From positions 224,001-288,000 of the forward strand of contig CAWDVE010000019.1 of NCBI GenBank assembly GCA_963805625.1: DNA of 64,000 nucleotides, in the 5' to 3' direction. A program made the position numbers and the translations under genes. Position 1 is the first letter of the stretch; every line of letters starts with the position of its first letter. The notes beneath the pieces were generated by a model. It ran no database searches. It saw only the letters and a list, made by a program, of their open reading frames with translations, and was not told the DNA's origin. Shown here piece after piece: positions 9,084 to 20,537 of the stretch. The DNA comes from an uncultured Candidatus Rokubacteria bacterium. Its GTDB lineage: Bacteria; Methylomirabilota; Methylomirabilia; Rokubacteriales; DASRDR01.

Positions 9084-11818
9084 TCAGCGGGCCGGGGTTC
9101 CGCGGACGCAGAGCACCGCGAGGCTCGCCGAGCCCGCTCGCGTCACCGCGACCCGCACGTGGCGTGCCCTCGCGGGGCCGAAGACGATCTCCAGCGCGCC
9201 ATCGGAGACGGCAAAGAGGGTGCGGCCGGCCCATCCCCAGTCGTGAACCGCGCGCGGCCCCTCGGCGGGTTGCCAGGTCCGGCCATCGTGGGAGAGAGTC
9301 ACTTCCCGGATCGTGAGCCCCGGCGCTGGCACCGGGTGCCGAAGCTTGAGACCCGAGACCAGCATTTCGGTGCGAAGCTCCGCCTCCAGCACGAGGCGGT
9401 CTCCATCGCCGGGGTCCACGGCGGCCGCGCGACGCTCCGGGCGCTGACAGGACGCGGTCGAGGCGAACGGCCTGAAGATCCGGAACAGCACGTGAGTCCC
9501 GAGGGGCTCCGCGGAGAGCTCGACGCCGGCCGCCGCCAGGCGCTCCCTGAGCTCCGGCGCATCCTCCACCGGCACGAGCAGTCCGTCGTGAGCGCGAAGC
9601 CGGACGGGACGCGCGAGCCACACCGGGGGCGCCGCGCCATGGTTGTCGACGACGCCGTTGGCGATGAGGGTCGTCACCGCGCCCTGCGTGGCGCGGGCGA
9701 CGCGAGCGGACGCGACGGGGTCGGCCAGGAGCCGGCTGACTCCCTGGGCGCGGAGTCGCGCCACGAGGCCGTCTCCCCCGTCCACCCTGGTCGGAGCGGC
9801 CGGCGGCTCGGCGGTCTCCTCGTAGACCCGGAGCTCGGTGAGCCCCCAGGGCGCCTCGCCGACCGGCTCCGCCGGCTCGAGCCTGAGGTAGCGGAGTCGG
9901 CGCGGCGTCACCACCACCTCCAGCCATCCGTTGCGGGGGCGGAACACCGGGCGGCCACTCGCCACGAATGCGGGCTGCCGCGATACCGCGGGGGTCACAC
10001 CGAGCAACTCCCAAGGACCTCCATCCTCCCGGCCCGAGAGCCGGAGCGCGAACACGTAGGTGGTCGGCACCGACGGCCAGAAGACGACCCGCGCCACGTC
10101 GTAGCGGCGGCCGAGGTCCACCACGAGCGCGTCGGCCGATCCACGCGCATGCCCGACCGCGGGCCAGGTCGTGACGAGGTCTCCGTCCGCGACTGCGGCC
10201 GCGGCTGTCGGATCCTCCGGCACCCGCCACCCGTGAGGGGGCACCATCCGGTAGCCGCGCGCCGGGACCCGGACGTCCTCGTAGAGCCGCCAACCCCCGA
10301 TCGACGTTTCCTTCCAGGTCGCGCCCAGGGCGGCGAGGCTGTCAGCCAACCCTCGTCGCCGATCCAGAATGGCGAGCCGCTCGGCGGCGTCGGCCGCCAC
10401 GGCGCTCCGGACGTAGATCTCGCTGTCGACGGCCGACACGGTCGGGTGGTCCAGGAGAAAGGCCCAGACGAGCGCCTGCAGGCTGTCGTCGACGTACAGC
10501 GCGTCGACCGGCTGCGTGCTGAGACGCTGCCGGACGACGTCGAGGTCGGTGCGCTGGCCGGCCTGCTGCGCTCGGAGCCCCGGCAGCAGCGGCCACAGGA
10601 ACCCGCCGTGGGTCCAGAGGCCGAACACGAGAAGGAAGGCGAGCAGGCCGGCGCCGAGTACCCGCGACCGGCCTCCAGCCCGCGCGACAAGAGCGCCGGC
10701 GCACACGAAGAGCGGGATGTACGCCGGCAGGATGTAGCGCGAGGTGTCGCGCTCGAGCATCGTCCCGAGAGGCGAGAAGTACAGGGCGCCGAGCGATGCC
10801 GGGAGGACGAGCAAGACCAGCCAGAGTCCCCAGTCTCGCGCCGTCAGGGCGTCACCGCGCCGGCGCCGCCGGAGCGCCTCGAGGAGCGCGAGCCAGACCG
10901 CGGCGGCGTAGAGCACGACGTTCAGCGTGAGCCCCACCTGGCGCATCGGCGTGGTCGGGTGCCAGTAGTACGTTCCAAACAGCGGGAGGACCGCCTCCCG
11001 CCAGAATTCCGAGAGCCGCTCCCAGGAAAGATGGACGCCGATGCTGAAGAGCGGGATCGCCGAGCCTGGCGTGCCCCGGGCCGAGTCCCCGTGGAGGCCG
11101 TAGAAGAGCCAGGCCGGCAGTCCGCCGAGCAGGAATCCGCCGGCCGCCACCAGCGCCCCCCCGCGGCCGACGGCGCGTCTGGGTCCTCGGAAGACCAGTA
11201 GCAGGAGGGCGGGCACGAGGATCTCGATCACCTTGAAGTTCGACCACCAGGCCAGGCCCGCCAGGAGGCCGAAGGCGGCCAGCGTCCGGGTCCGGGCGGG
11301 CTCCGACGGCGCGGCCAGGGCCGCCAGCGCGAGGAGGAGCAGCCACACTCCGAAGACGTTCGTCTCGAAGTGGGGCTCGGCCACGGTGCTCCAGTACGTG
11401 AGCAGGAATGGCGGCACAGCGGCGAGAGCGAGCGCGGCGCGGCCGGCCATCTCGTCGAAGACCCGCCGACCCAGGAGGTAGACACCGAGCGGAAACAGTA
11501 GAGACCAGGCGATCGCGTTCAAGCGGACCACGAGCACCGACGGCCCGAACAGGAAGAGGGCGGGGACGAGATGGATCCCGTTCAGCGAGCCCATGTAGGT
11601 CTGGCGGTAGAAGAAGACCGGGAAGTTCTCGCCGTGAAGAACGTGCTTCGCCACGAGGGCGACGGTCGCGTCGTCGCCGGAGAGAAAGCCGTAGAACATC
11701 GAGGATACCCGGACGAGAACGGCGACCGCGAGCAGGGCCATGAGGACCCGCCAGCGCGCGCGAGTGCGGAGGCGCGCGGGCGCGTCAGTCGCCGTCGCAC
11801 GATGGAGGATGGAGACCC

Positions 11819-11822
<4 letters not shown>
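9084..11822 (-). CDS. Large membrane glycosyltransferase (GT-C, ArnT/PMT-like) with C-terminal discoidin-like extracytoplasmic domains
   Basis: About 11 TM segments; GDD acidic motif after TM1; FFYRQTYMGSL; RYILP; ADGDLVTTW...VVDLG F5/8-like motif; GTG start overlaps the deoA stop. Confidence 0.78.
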
Positions 11823-13160
<1,338 letters not shown>

Positions 13161-13171
<11 letters not shown>

Positions 13172-13595
13172 TCGAGCCGTCGTCGGGGCGGAGCGGGCCG
13201 AGCGACCCGGGGCCGAAGGCGAGCGGCAGGAGCCCGCCGAGCGTGACCGTGACGCGCACTCCCTCCGGCCCGGCGAGGTGGACGGGCACGTCCGGGCGCG
13301 CGAACTCGGCGAGCTGCTGGCGGCACCGGCCGCAGGGGGCGCAGAGCTCGGGGCCCTCGGTCACGACCACGGCCTCGAGGATCTGCCGGTCGCCCGCAGC
13401 GACCATGGCGCCGATGGCAGTCGCCTCGGCGCACTGGCCGACGGGGGAGGCCGCGTTCTCCACGTTGCAGCCCGCGTGGAGCCGGCCGCTCTCGGCCCGG
13501 AGGCAGGCCCCGACGCGGAAGCGCGAGTACGGCGCGTGGGCATTGGCGAGGGCCTGGCGCGCGAGGTCGAGCATGGCGGGCAGGGCGTCGCTCAT
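13161..13595 (-). CDS. cdd: Cytidine deaminase (homotetrameric type)
   Basis: APYSRFRVGA, GCNVENA, CAE and PCGRCRQ Zn motifs. Confidence 0.95.
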
Positions 13596-13640
13596 GGTTC
13601 GTCAGCGACGAAGCGTAAGTCGCTCCGCCGGCTCATGCGC

Positions 13641-14615
13641 TCAGCGCTCCTTCATGTAGGGGACGCCGATGGCGCGGGGCGCGACCGCGCGCCCGACGAA
13701 GCCGGCGAGGAGACACACCGTCAGGATGTAGGGGATCGCCTGGATGAGCTGGACCGGCACGACGCCGACGACGGGCAGGGGAGTGCCCTGTAGCCGCACC
13801 TGGACCGCGTCGGCGAACGCGAAGAGGAGGCACGCCCCGAGCGTCGGCACCGGGCGCCACTGTCCGAAGATCAGCGCGGCGAGCGCGAGGTAGCCTTTGC
13901 CCGCCGACATGTCGCGGATGAAGCCGGAGTGATGGGCGATCGAGAGATAGGCGCCGGACATGCCGCAGAGCACGCCGCCCGCCGCGAGCGCGGAGTAGCG
14001 GGTGAAGGCGACCGAGATGCCGGCCGTGTCGACGGCGCCCGGACTCTCGCCGACGGCGCGGAGACGCAGGCCGAAGCGCGTCCGGTAGACGAGCCACGCC
14101 ACGACGGGGACGGCCACCGCTGCCACGTACACGAGGACGTTGTGGCCGCTCACGACCTCCTTGTAGATGAGACCGATCACCGGCACGCCCGCCAGGAGGC
14201 CGGCGCCGGGCAGGTCGATGGGCCCGAAGCGCGCTGCGCCCGCGAGGAGCGGGGTCTGGCCGCCCTGCTGGAACCACGCGTAGCCCAGGACCACCGTGAG
14301 CCCCGACACCAGGATGTTGAGCGCCATGCCGGAGACCACCTGGTTGCCGTAGTAGGTGACGGAGGCGAGGCCGTGCACCATGGCCAGCGCGATCGCCGCG
14401 GCGATGCCGGCGCCCAGCCCCAGCCACGCGGAGCCCGTGACCGCCGCCGTCGCGGCGGCGGCGAACGCCGAGGCCAGCATCTTCCCTTCGAGCCCGATGT
14501 CGACCACGCCCGACCGCTCGGCGAAGAGCCCGCCGAGCGCCGCGAGGACGAGCGGCGCCGCTCCCCGCAGGGTCGCGGCGGCGAGGAGCGCCAGGAGGAC
14601 GAGCGCCTCACCCAT
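13641..14615 (-). CDS. Nucleoside ABC transporter permease 2
   Basis: ERSGVVDIGLEG, GLRLRAVGE, GKGYLALAALIFGQW. Confidence 0.92.
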   Translation of the reverse strand: MGEALVLLALLAAATLRGAAPLVLAALGGLFAERSGVVDIGLEGKMLASAFAAAATAAVTGSAWLGLGAGIAAAIALAMVHGLASVTYYGNQVVSGMALNILVSGLTVVLGYAWFQQGGQTPLLAGAARFGPIDLPGAGLLAGVPVIGLIYKEVVSGHNVLVYVAAVAVPVVAWLVYRTRFGLRLRAVGESPGAVDTAGISVAFTRYSALAAGGVLCGMSGAYLSIAHHSGFIRDMSAGKGYLALAALIFGQWRPVPTLGACLLFAFADAVQVRLQGTPLPVVGVVPVQLIQAIPYILTVCLLAGFVGRAVAPRAIGVPYMKER

Positions 14616-15036
14616 CGGTGTGGGCGGGGCGGGCCGCCCCGACCGGCCGGTGCTGCGTGCCGTGGGCGGGGGTGATGAACAGGAGGTCGCTCGGCTGACG
14701 CAGGATGAGCCTGTGCCACACCCCGCTCGGGACGACGCAGGCCTGTCCGCCATGGAGCCCGAAGCTCCGCTCGCCGGCCGGCTCGTCGAGAATGACGTCG
14801 AGCAGGCCGGCGAGGAGGTAGAGGAGCTCGTCGCCGCCCGGGTGCATCTCCCACTCGTCGGCGTGGAAGTCGGCCGGCTCGGCGCCGTGCTTCGCCCCGA
14901 TCACGCGGTCCCGGGCGCCCGTCACGAGCTTCTGGAAGACGTCCGGCGTCCATGCGACGGGGAGTGCGCGGCCGTCCCCGCGGAGGTGCACGATCGTGGC
15001 GAAGGGATCGAAGTCCGGCCGGGAGCGAGGGCTCAC
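14608..15036 (-). CDS. Cupin domain protein (142 aa)
   Basis: WEMHPGGDELLYLLAG and VPSGVWH cupin motifs; GTG overlaps the upstream stop; 3' end overlaps the next start. Confidence 0.85.
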   Translation of the reverse strand: MSPRSRPDFDPFATIVHLRGDGRALPVAWTPDVFQKLVTGARDRVIGAKHGAEPADFHADEWEMHPGGDELLYLLAGLLDVILDEPAGERSFGLHGGQACVVPSGVWHRLILRQPSDLLFITPAHGTQHRPVGAARPAHTDG

Positions 15037-16178
15037 GACTGGCTCTCCGCGCGGGTGGGGCGACGGAACCACGCTTCGATGGGCCCGCGGAGCGCGTACT
15101 CGAGGGCGCCACAGACGAGGATGATCAGACCCTGGATCACCACGACCATGTCGCGCGTGAGCTTGGGCATGTCGAACGACAGCTCCGACCCGCCCTGGTA
15201 GAGGGCGCCGAAGAGGACGGCCGCCAGCACGATCCCCGCCGGGTGGTTGCGCCCCATCAGGGAGACCGCGATGCCGACGTATCCGGCTCCGCCGACGAAG
15301 TTGAGGAGCAGCCGGTGCTGGACGCCCATGACCTCGTTCAGGCTCATCAGTCCCGCCAGGGCGCCGGAGATCGACATGGCGAGGATGATCGTGCGCGCCG
15401 GCGAGATCCCGGCGTAGACCGCGGCCGTCTCGTTGTGACCGAGCGCGCGCAGCTCGTAGCCCCAGCGCGTATGCCAGAGGTAGAACCACACGAGCGCGCC
15501 GGCGGCGAGGGCGAGGACGGCCGAGAGGTTGAGCGGCGAGCGTCCGATCTCCCACCCGAGCCCGCGGAGGACCTCGTGGACCTGGGGCAGCCAGGTGCTC
15601 GGGGCGAACTCCCGCGTCTCCGGCGACTGCTGCCCCGGCTTCATGAGGACGTTCACGAGGAGATGCGTCATCAGGGCCGCGGCGATGAAGTTGAACATGA
15701 TCGTCGTGATGACGACGTGGCTGCCGCGCCGGGCCTGGAGCCAGGCCGGCACGAACGCCCAGGCGGCCCCGAAGGCCGCGGCCATGACGATCGCAGCCGG
15801 GACGACCAGGACCGTCGGCCAGCCGCCGGCGCTGAGGCAGAGCAGCCCCACGCCGAGCCCGGCCACGTACGCCTGGCCCTCGGCGCCGATGTTGAAGAGC
15901 CCGCCGTGGAAGGCGACGGCCACCGCCAGGCCCGTGAAGACGAAGTTGGTCGCGTAGTAGAGCGTGTACCCGACGGACTCGGCGTCCCCGAAGGCGCCGG
16001 CGGCGAGGATTCTGAGCGCCCTGAGGGGATTCTCCCCGACCAGGATCACGACCACGCCGGAGAGCAGGAGCGCCAGGGCGAGGTTCGTGGCGGGCACGAG
16101 CGCCACGCTCACCCAGGCGCGCTCTGCCCAGGCTCGGCCGGATCGGCCGGCGGTGTCGGCGGTGAGCGACTCACTCAT
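15033..16178 (-). CDS. Nucleoside ABC transporter permease 1
   Basis: GLFNIGAEGQ, VITTIMFNFIA, GYELRALGHN, MGRNHP. Confidence 0.92.
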   Translation of the reverse strand: MSESLTADTAGRSGRAWAERAWVSVALVPATNLALALLLSGVVVILVGENPLRALRILAAGAFGDAESVGYTLYYATNFVFTGLAVAVAFHGGLFNIGAEGQAYVAGLGVGLLCLSAGGWPTVLVVPAAIVMAAAFGAAWAFVPAWLQARRGSHVVITTIMFNFIAAALMTHLLVNVLMKPGQQSPETREFAPSTWLPQVHEVLRGLGWEIGRSPLNLSAVLALAAGALVWFYLWHTRWGYELRALGHNETAAVYAGISPARTIILAMSISGALAGLMSLNEVMGVQHRLLLNFVGGAGYVGIAVSLMGRNHPAGIVLAAVLFGALYQGGSELSFDMPKLTRDMVVVIQGLIILVCGALEYALRGPIEAWFRRPTRAESQS

Positions 16179-16549
16179 TCGGCTGGTACGAGCTCGCCCT
16201 TCCCGTCGAGGCCATCGTAGTCGATGGTCATCCAACGTCGGCCGTGGCCCTCGTAGAGCGTGAGGGAGCCTCGCCGGCCCGCTGACGACTCCAGACGAAC
16301 GCGGCCGTCGCCGCTCGTCCTAAGCGTGCCCGCGCCGCTCTCCCGGTCGCTGTGCCACCTCATCCGGTTCCCTTGCTCTTCCAGGCTCTGGCGAATGTCG
16401 GTGACTTCCCAGGCGATGGGGCCGGAGTCGCCCTTCGGGATACCGGCCCGCTCGGCGGTGCAGCCCGCGAGCACGAGGTGCATCAAGAGGATGAACGCGG
16501 CGGGAGAAGGTGTCGGCGGGAGGAGCGGGTCGCGCCGTGGTTGTCTCAT
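16175..16549 (-). CDS. Predicted lipoprotein of unknown function (124 aa)
   Basis: Hydrophobic stretch plus LAGC lipobox; ATGA overlaps at both ends. Confidence 0.6.
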   Translation of the reverse strand: MRQPRRDPLLPPTPSPAAFILLMHLVLAGCTAERAGIPKGDSGPIAWEVTDIRQSLEEQGNRMRWHSDRESGAGTLRTSGDGRVRLESSAGRRGSLTLYEGHGRRWMTIDYDGLDGKGELVPAE

Positions 16550-18126
16550 CTCGACTCCGGTATTCCGGCCATCATCAGGCCAATCGCGCGCTCGGTGGCG
16601 CTTGCCTGCGGCACTTCCCCGACGATGCGCCCGTCGTGCATGACCAGGATGCGGTCGGCGAGCGCCAGGATCTCGTCCAGCTCGACGGAGACTAGGAGGA
16701 TCGCCTTCCCGGCGTCGCGGAGCGCGACGAGGCGCCGGTGGATGAACTCGATCGCGCCGATGTCCACCCCCCGCGTCGGCTGGCCGACGAGAAGGAGGTC
16801 CGGGTTCCGGTCGAGCTCGCGCGCCAGCACGATCTTCTGCTGGTTGCCTCCCGAGAAGGCCGAGGTGGGGAGGGATCCGTCCGTGGGCCGGATGTCGTAC
16901 TCCGCCGCCTGGCGACGGAAGCTCGCCGCGACGGCGCCTCGGCGGAGCCGGAGCCCACGGTTGTAGGTCGATTCGTCGTGGTAGCCTAGAATGGCGCTGT
17001 CCCGGGCCGAGAAGGGGATGACGAGGCCCATCCGCTGTCGATCCTCGGGCACGTGGGAGAGCCCGAGCCTGCGCATCCCGCGCGGCGAGCGCGTGCGCTC
17101 GTCCGTGATGTCCCGACCCCGCCAGCGGATCCGCCCGGACTTCACGGGGCGGATGCCGGCGAGCGCCTCGAAGAGCTCCGACTGGCCGTTGCCGGCGACA
17201 CCGGCGATCCCGACGATCTCACCGCGCCGCACCGAGAAGCTCACGCCCTTGACGCGCTCCACGCCCAGCGCGTCCTCGACTGTGAGGTCGGCCACCTGGA
17301 GGACCGTCTCGGCGGGTCGGGCGGGCGTCTTGTCGACCTTCAGGCTCACCCGGCGCCCGACCATCAGCTCGGCGAGCTGCTCGGACGTGGTCCCGGCGGT
17401 CGGGAGGGTCGCGACGACCCGCCCCTGACGCATCACGGTCACCACGTCCGTGACTTCGCGGATCTCGCGGAGCTTGTGGGTGATGAGGACGACGGTCTTG
17501 CCCTCGGCCCGGAGCGCGCGAAGGATGCGGAAGAGGTGGTCCGCCTCTTGGGGCGTGAGGACCGCGGTCGGCTCGTCGAGGATCAGGAGGTCCGCGCCCC
17601 GGTAGAGCGCCTTCAGGATCTCGACCCGCTGGCGCTGGCCCACACCGAGGTCGCCGACGCGCGCGTCCAGGTCCACCTCGAGGTGGTACTCTCGGCCGAG
17701 CCGGAGGAGCTCGGCCCGGGCGCGCGCGAGGCCCGCCTTGAGGAGAAAGCCCCCCTCCACGCCGAGCACGACGTTCTCCAGCACCGTGAACGGCTCCACC
17801 AGCATGAAGTGCTGGTGCACCATGCCGATCCCCAGCGCGAGCGCGTCCTGGGGGCTCCGGATGGCCGTCGGCTGGCCGCGGACCAGGATCTCGCCCCGGT
17901 CGGGGAGGTGGTAGCCGTAGAGGATGCCCATCAGGGTGGACTTGCCGGCGCCGTTCTCGCCGACGATGCCGTGGATCGTGCCGGGGCGGATGGCGAGCGA
18001 GACGTCCTGGTTGGCGTGGACCTCGCCGAACCACTTGTCGATGCCGCGGAGCTCGATGACGGGCGGCAGCCCGTCAGTCGATCGGGGTTCCCCGCGCGCC
18101 GTTGCCGACGGGCCCACGTCGCTCAT
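16546..18126 (-). CDS. Nucleoside ABC transporter ATP-binding protein (two ABC domains)
   Basis: GENGAGKST, LILDEPT, GVAGNGQ, SGGNQQK, QPTRGVD. Confidence 0.95.
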   Translation of the reverse strand: MSDVGPSATARGEPRSTDGLPPVIELRGIDKWFGEVHANQDVSLAIRPGTIHGIVGENGAGKSTLMGILYGYHLPDRGEILVRGQPTAIRSPQDALALGIGMVHQHFMLVEPFTVLENVVLGVEGGFLLKAGLARARAELLRLGREYHLEVDLDARVGDLGVGQRQRVEILKALYRGADLLILDEPTAVLTPQEADHLFRILRALRAEGKTVVLITHKLREIREVTDVVTVMRQGRVVATLPTAGTTSEQLAELMVGRRVSLKVDKTPARPAETVLQVADLTVEDALGVERVKGVSFSVRRGEIVGIAGVAGNGQSELFEALAGIRPVKSGRIRWRGRDITDERTRSPRGMRRLGLSHVPEDRQRMGLVIPFSARDSAILGYHDESTYNRGLRLRRGAVAASFRRQAAEYDIRPTDGSLPTSAFSGGNQQKIVLARELDRNPDLLLVGQPTRGVDIGAIEFIHRRLVALRDAGKAILLVSVELDEILALADRILVMHDGRIVGEVPQASATERAIGLMMAGIPESR

Positions 18127-18362
18127 GCGGTCAGTGACGGCGCTGCGAGTGCGTCGCGAGTGGCGCCCAGTCGAGCCCGTCCAAGACGAGATCGGCGGCA
18201 GGCTGGACGCCCTGCCACTCGCGCCGAGGCCGGGGGTGCCTGCGCCGGGCGGGGGTGGCCGCGCGAGCGGCGAACCCGACGACAGGCCCCGCGGCTCGCG
18301 GCGTCGACAGCTCGAGCTGGCCGGGCACCGAGACGACGGGAAGGGGCGTGGCCCCCTCCGGC

Positions 18363-19367
18363 CTACTTCGCCATGTAGTCGGTGACCTTGATCTTGCCGG
18401 CCACGATGTCGGCCCGCGCCTGCTCGAGCCGCTTCTCCATCTCCGGCGTGATGAGCTTGCGGTTGTACTGGTCCAGCGAGTAGCCGACCCCGTTCTCGGC
18501 GACACCGAGGTTGCGCACGCCGGCCTTCCACGTCCCGTCCTTCGCGGTCTTGAAGGCCTCGTAGATGGCGAGGTCGACGCGCTTGATCATCGAGGTCAGG
18601 ATCGTGCCCGGGTGGATGTAATCCTGGTTCGAGTCGACGCCGATCGCGAGCTTCCCCTTGTCCTTCGCCGCCTGGAGCACGCCGAGGCCGGTCGCTCCCG
18701 CCGCGGCGTAGACGACGTCGGCGCCGCGGTCGAACTGGCTCCGGGCGAGCTCACCGCCCCGCGTCGGGTCGTTCCAGGCCGCCGGCGTCGTCCCGGTCAT
18801 GTTCTGGAAGATCTCGATCTTCGGGTTCACGAACTTGGCGCCTTCCTCGTAACCGAGGGCGAAGCGGCGGATCAGAGGGATGTCCATCCCGCCCACGAAG
18901 CCGACCTTGCCGGTCTTCGACGCCATGGCCGCCGCCATCCCCACGAGGAAGGACCCCTCGTGCTCCTTGAACACGATCGACTGGACGTTCGGCAGGTCCA
19001 CGACCGCGTCGATGATCGCGAACTTCAGGTTGGGGAACTCCTTGGCGACCTTTTCCATGCCCGTGGCCTGGGCGAAGCCGATGCCCACGGTGATCTGGGA
19101 GCCGCGCCGGGCCATGTTGCGAAGCGCCTGCTCGCGCTGGGCCTCGCTGGTCACCTCGAACTCGCGATACGCTATCCCCGTCTCCTTCTTGAACTGCTCG
19201 GCGCCGTTGTAGGCGGCCTCGTTGAAGGACTTGTCGAACTTCCCGCCCATGTCGAACACGAGAGCAGGGGCGAACTCCTGGGCGGCTGCGGGGCCGACCA
19301 GGGCGCCGGACAGCGCGATGAGTGCGAGCCCGAGGACGGCCACGATGGATCTCCACGGTTGTGTCAT
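18363..19367 (-). CDS. BMP family nucleoside-binding protein
   Basis: DMGGKFDKSFNE, FKEHEGSFL, IGVDSNQ, TSMIKRVD; signal peptide. Confidence 0.94.
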   Translation of the reverse strand: MTQPWRSIVAVLGLALIALSGALVGPAAAQEFAPALVFDMGGKFDKSFNEAAYNGAEQFKKETGIAYREFEVTSEAQREQALRNMARRGSQITVGIGFAQATGMEKVAKEFPNLKFAIIDAVVDLPNVQSIVFKEHEGSFLVGMAAAMASKTGKVGFVGGMDIPLIRRFALGYEEGAKFVNPKIEIFQNMTGTTPAAWNDPTRGGELARSQFDRGADVVYAAAGATGLGVLQAAKDKGKLAIGVDSNQDYIHPGTILTSMIKRVDLAIYEAFKTAKDGTWKAGVRNLGVAENGVGYSLDQYNRKLITPEMEKRLEQARADIVAGKIKVTDYMAK

Positions 19368-19593
19368 GTCGAACGCCCCCCGTTGTGTCCCCATTGAGTC
19401 GATGACGCCTGGCCACGCGCGATCCGGCGTCGTTTCCCGCGTCCCGATGATACTCATGCGCCCGGGGTTAGCCTAGCCCGTCTCCACAGCGCGCCGCCGG
19501 CCGCTTTCCTGGCCACGCGGGCGGGATTCGGCTATGCTGCAGTACTTCCAGCCGCGGCGAGCCGGTGGATGGCTGCGTTGGCGGAGGCCGATC

Positions 19594-20157
19594 ATGAGTG
19601 CCGAACGCAGGCGTGCGAACGCCCGGATCTACCTGGCGGGGCCTCTCGGATTCTCGGAAGCCGGGCGCCACTTCTACAACGCCGTCCTCATCCCGTACGT
19701 CCAGGGTCTCGGCTACGAGGTGCTCGATCCGTGGACCCTCACCGAAGCCGCCAAGATCCAGGCGGTCCAGTCGATGGTGTACGGGCCCGCGAAGCGCGAG
19801 GCGTGGCGGACGCTCAACCTCGAGATGGGGGCGACGAACCGGTCGGCGATCGACGTCGCGGACGGCGTCGTGGCGGTCCTCGACGGCACCGACGTCGACA
19901 GCGGCACCGCGGCCGAGATCGGCTACGCGTTCGCGCGCGGCAAGCTCCTCGTCGGCTACCGAGGCGACTTCCGCCTGAGCGCCGACAACGAGGGGAGCAT
20001 CGTCAACCTCCAGGTCGAGTACTTCATCCGCGCCAGCGGTGGTACCATCGTCGACCGCTACGAGGATCTCGGGCCGAGCCTCCGTGCCCTCGCGGCTCCG
20101 GGACGGTCCGCCCGGAAGCTCGGCCGCCGGTCCGGCGGCCCGAGGAGAGTAAGATGA
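19594..20157 (+). CDS. Nucleoside 2-deoxyribosyltransferase / nucleotide N-glycosidase family protein
   Basis: IYLAGP, DGTDVDSGTAAEIGYA, NLQV; GGAGG upstream. Confidence 0.9.
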   Translation: MSAERRRANARIYLAGPLGFSEAGRHFYNAVLIPYVQGLGYEVLDPWTLTEAAKIQAVQSMVYGPAKREAWRTLNLEMGATNRSAIDVADGVVAVLDGTDVDSGTAAEIGYAFARGKLLVGYRGDFRLSADNEGSIVNLQVEYFIRASGGTIVDRYEDLGPSLRALAAPGRSARKLGRRSGGPRRVR

Positions 20158-20214
20158 TCGGTAATGGCCGGGGCATCTCAGGCCGATGTTGGTGAGCGTC
20201 CCGGGAGGAACCGC

Positions 20215-20466
20215 ATGAGCGCCAGGATCGGCATTCACCGTTCGGGCATCTGGCTGATCATCCCGGTCCTGGTTGCCGCGATGGGATGCGCGGCACCGGC
20301 CCAGGCGCCTCCCGCGAAGGCGGTGGCAGCGGTTCCGGCTGCGCCGGCCGCGACACCGGCCCCCGCAGTCCCGGCGCCGGCTCCGCAGGCCGTTGGCCCG
20401 CCCGCCCACGATCTGGTGCTCGCGTTCGACCGGACCGGGAAGACACGGGTATTCGCGACCCGGTGA
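20215..20466 (+). CDS. Small Ala/Pro-rich predicted lipoprotein
   Basis: GGGAGG RBS, hydrophobic stretch plus AMGC lipobox, Ala/Pro linker. Confidence 0.55.
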   Translation: MSARIGIHRSGIWLIIPVLVAAMGCAAPAQAPPAKAVAAVPAAPAATPAPAVPAPAPQAVGPPAHDLVLAFDRTGKTRVFATR

Positions 20467-20537
20467 CACCTCCGGACCATCCCGGCGGGTCCCCCCCTGG
20501 CGGCTCGACTGGCTTGCCCCAGTTACCCCAATTACCA

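Noticed and set aside
9069-11201. 710-aa + strand ORF, and similar antisense ORFs at 20532-23096, 32594-34693 and 47510-49156
   Set aside because: They mirror real genes on the opposite strand and have Arg/Pro/Gly-rich non-coding composition
18127-18362. Structured spacer between bmp and the ATPase (10-bp inverted repeat 18155-18164/18214-18223) as an ncRNA or small ORF
   Set aside because: Consistent with ordinary post-SBP mRNA stability hairpins; no recognisable RNA family or coding signal
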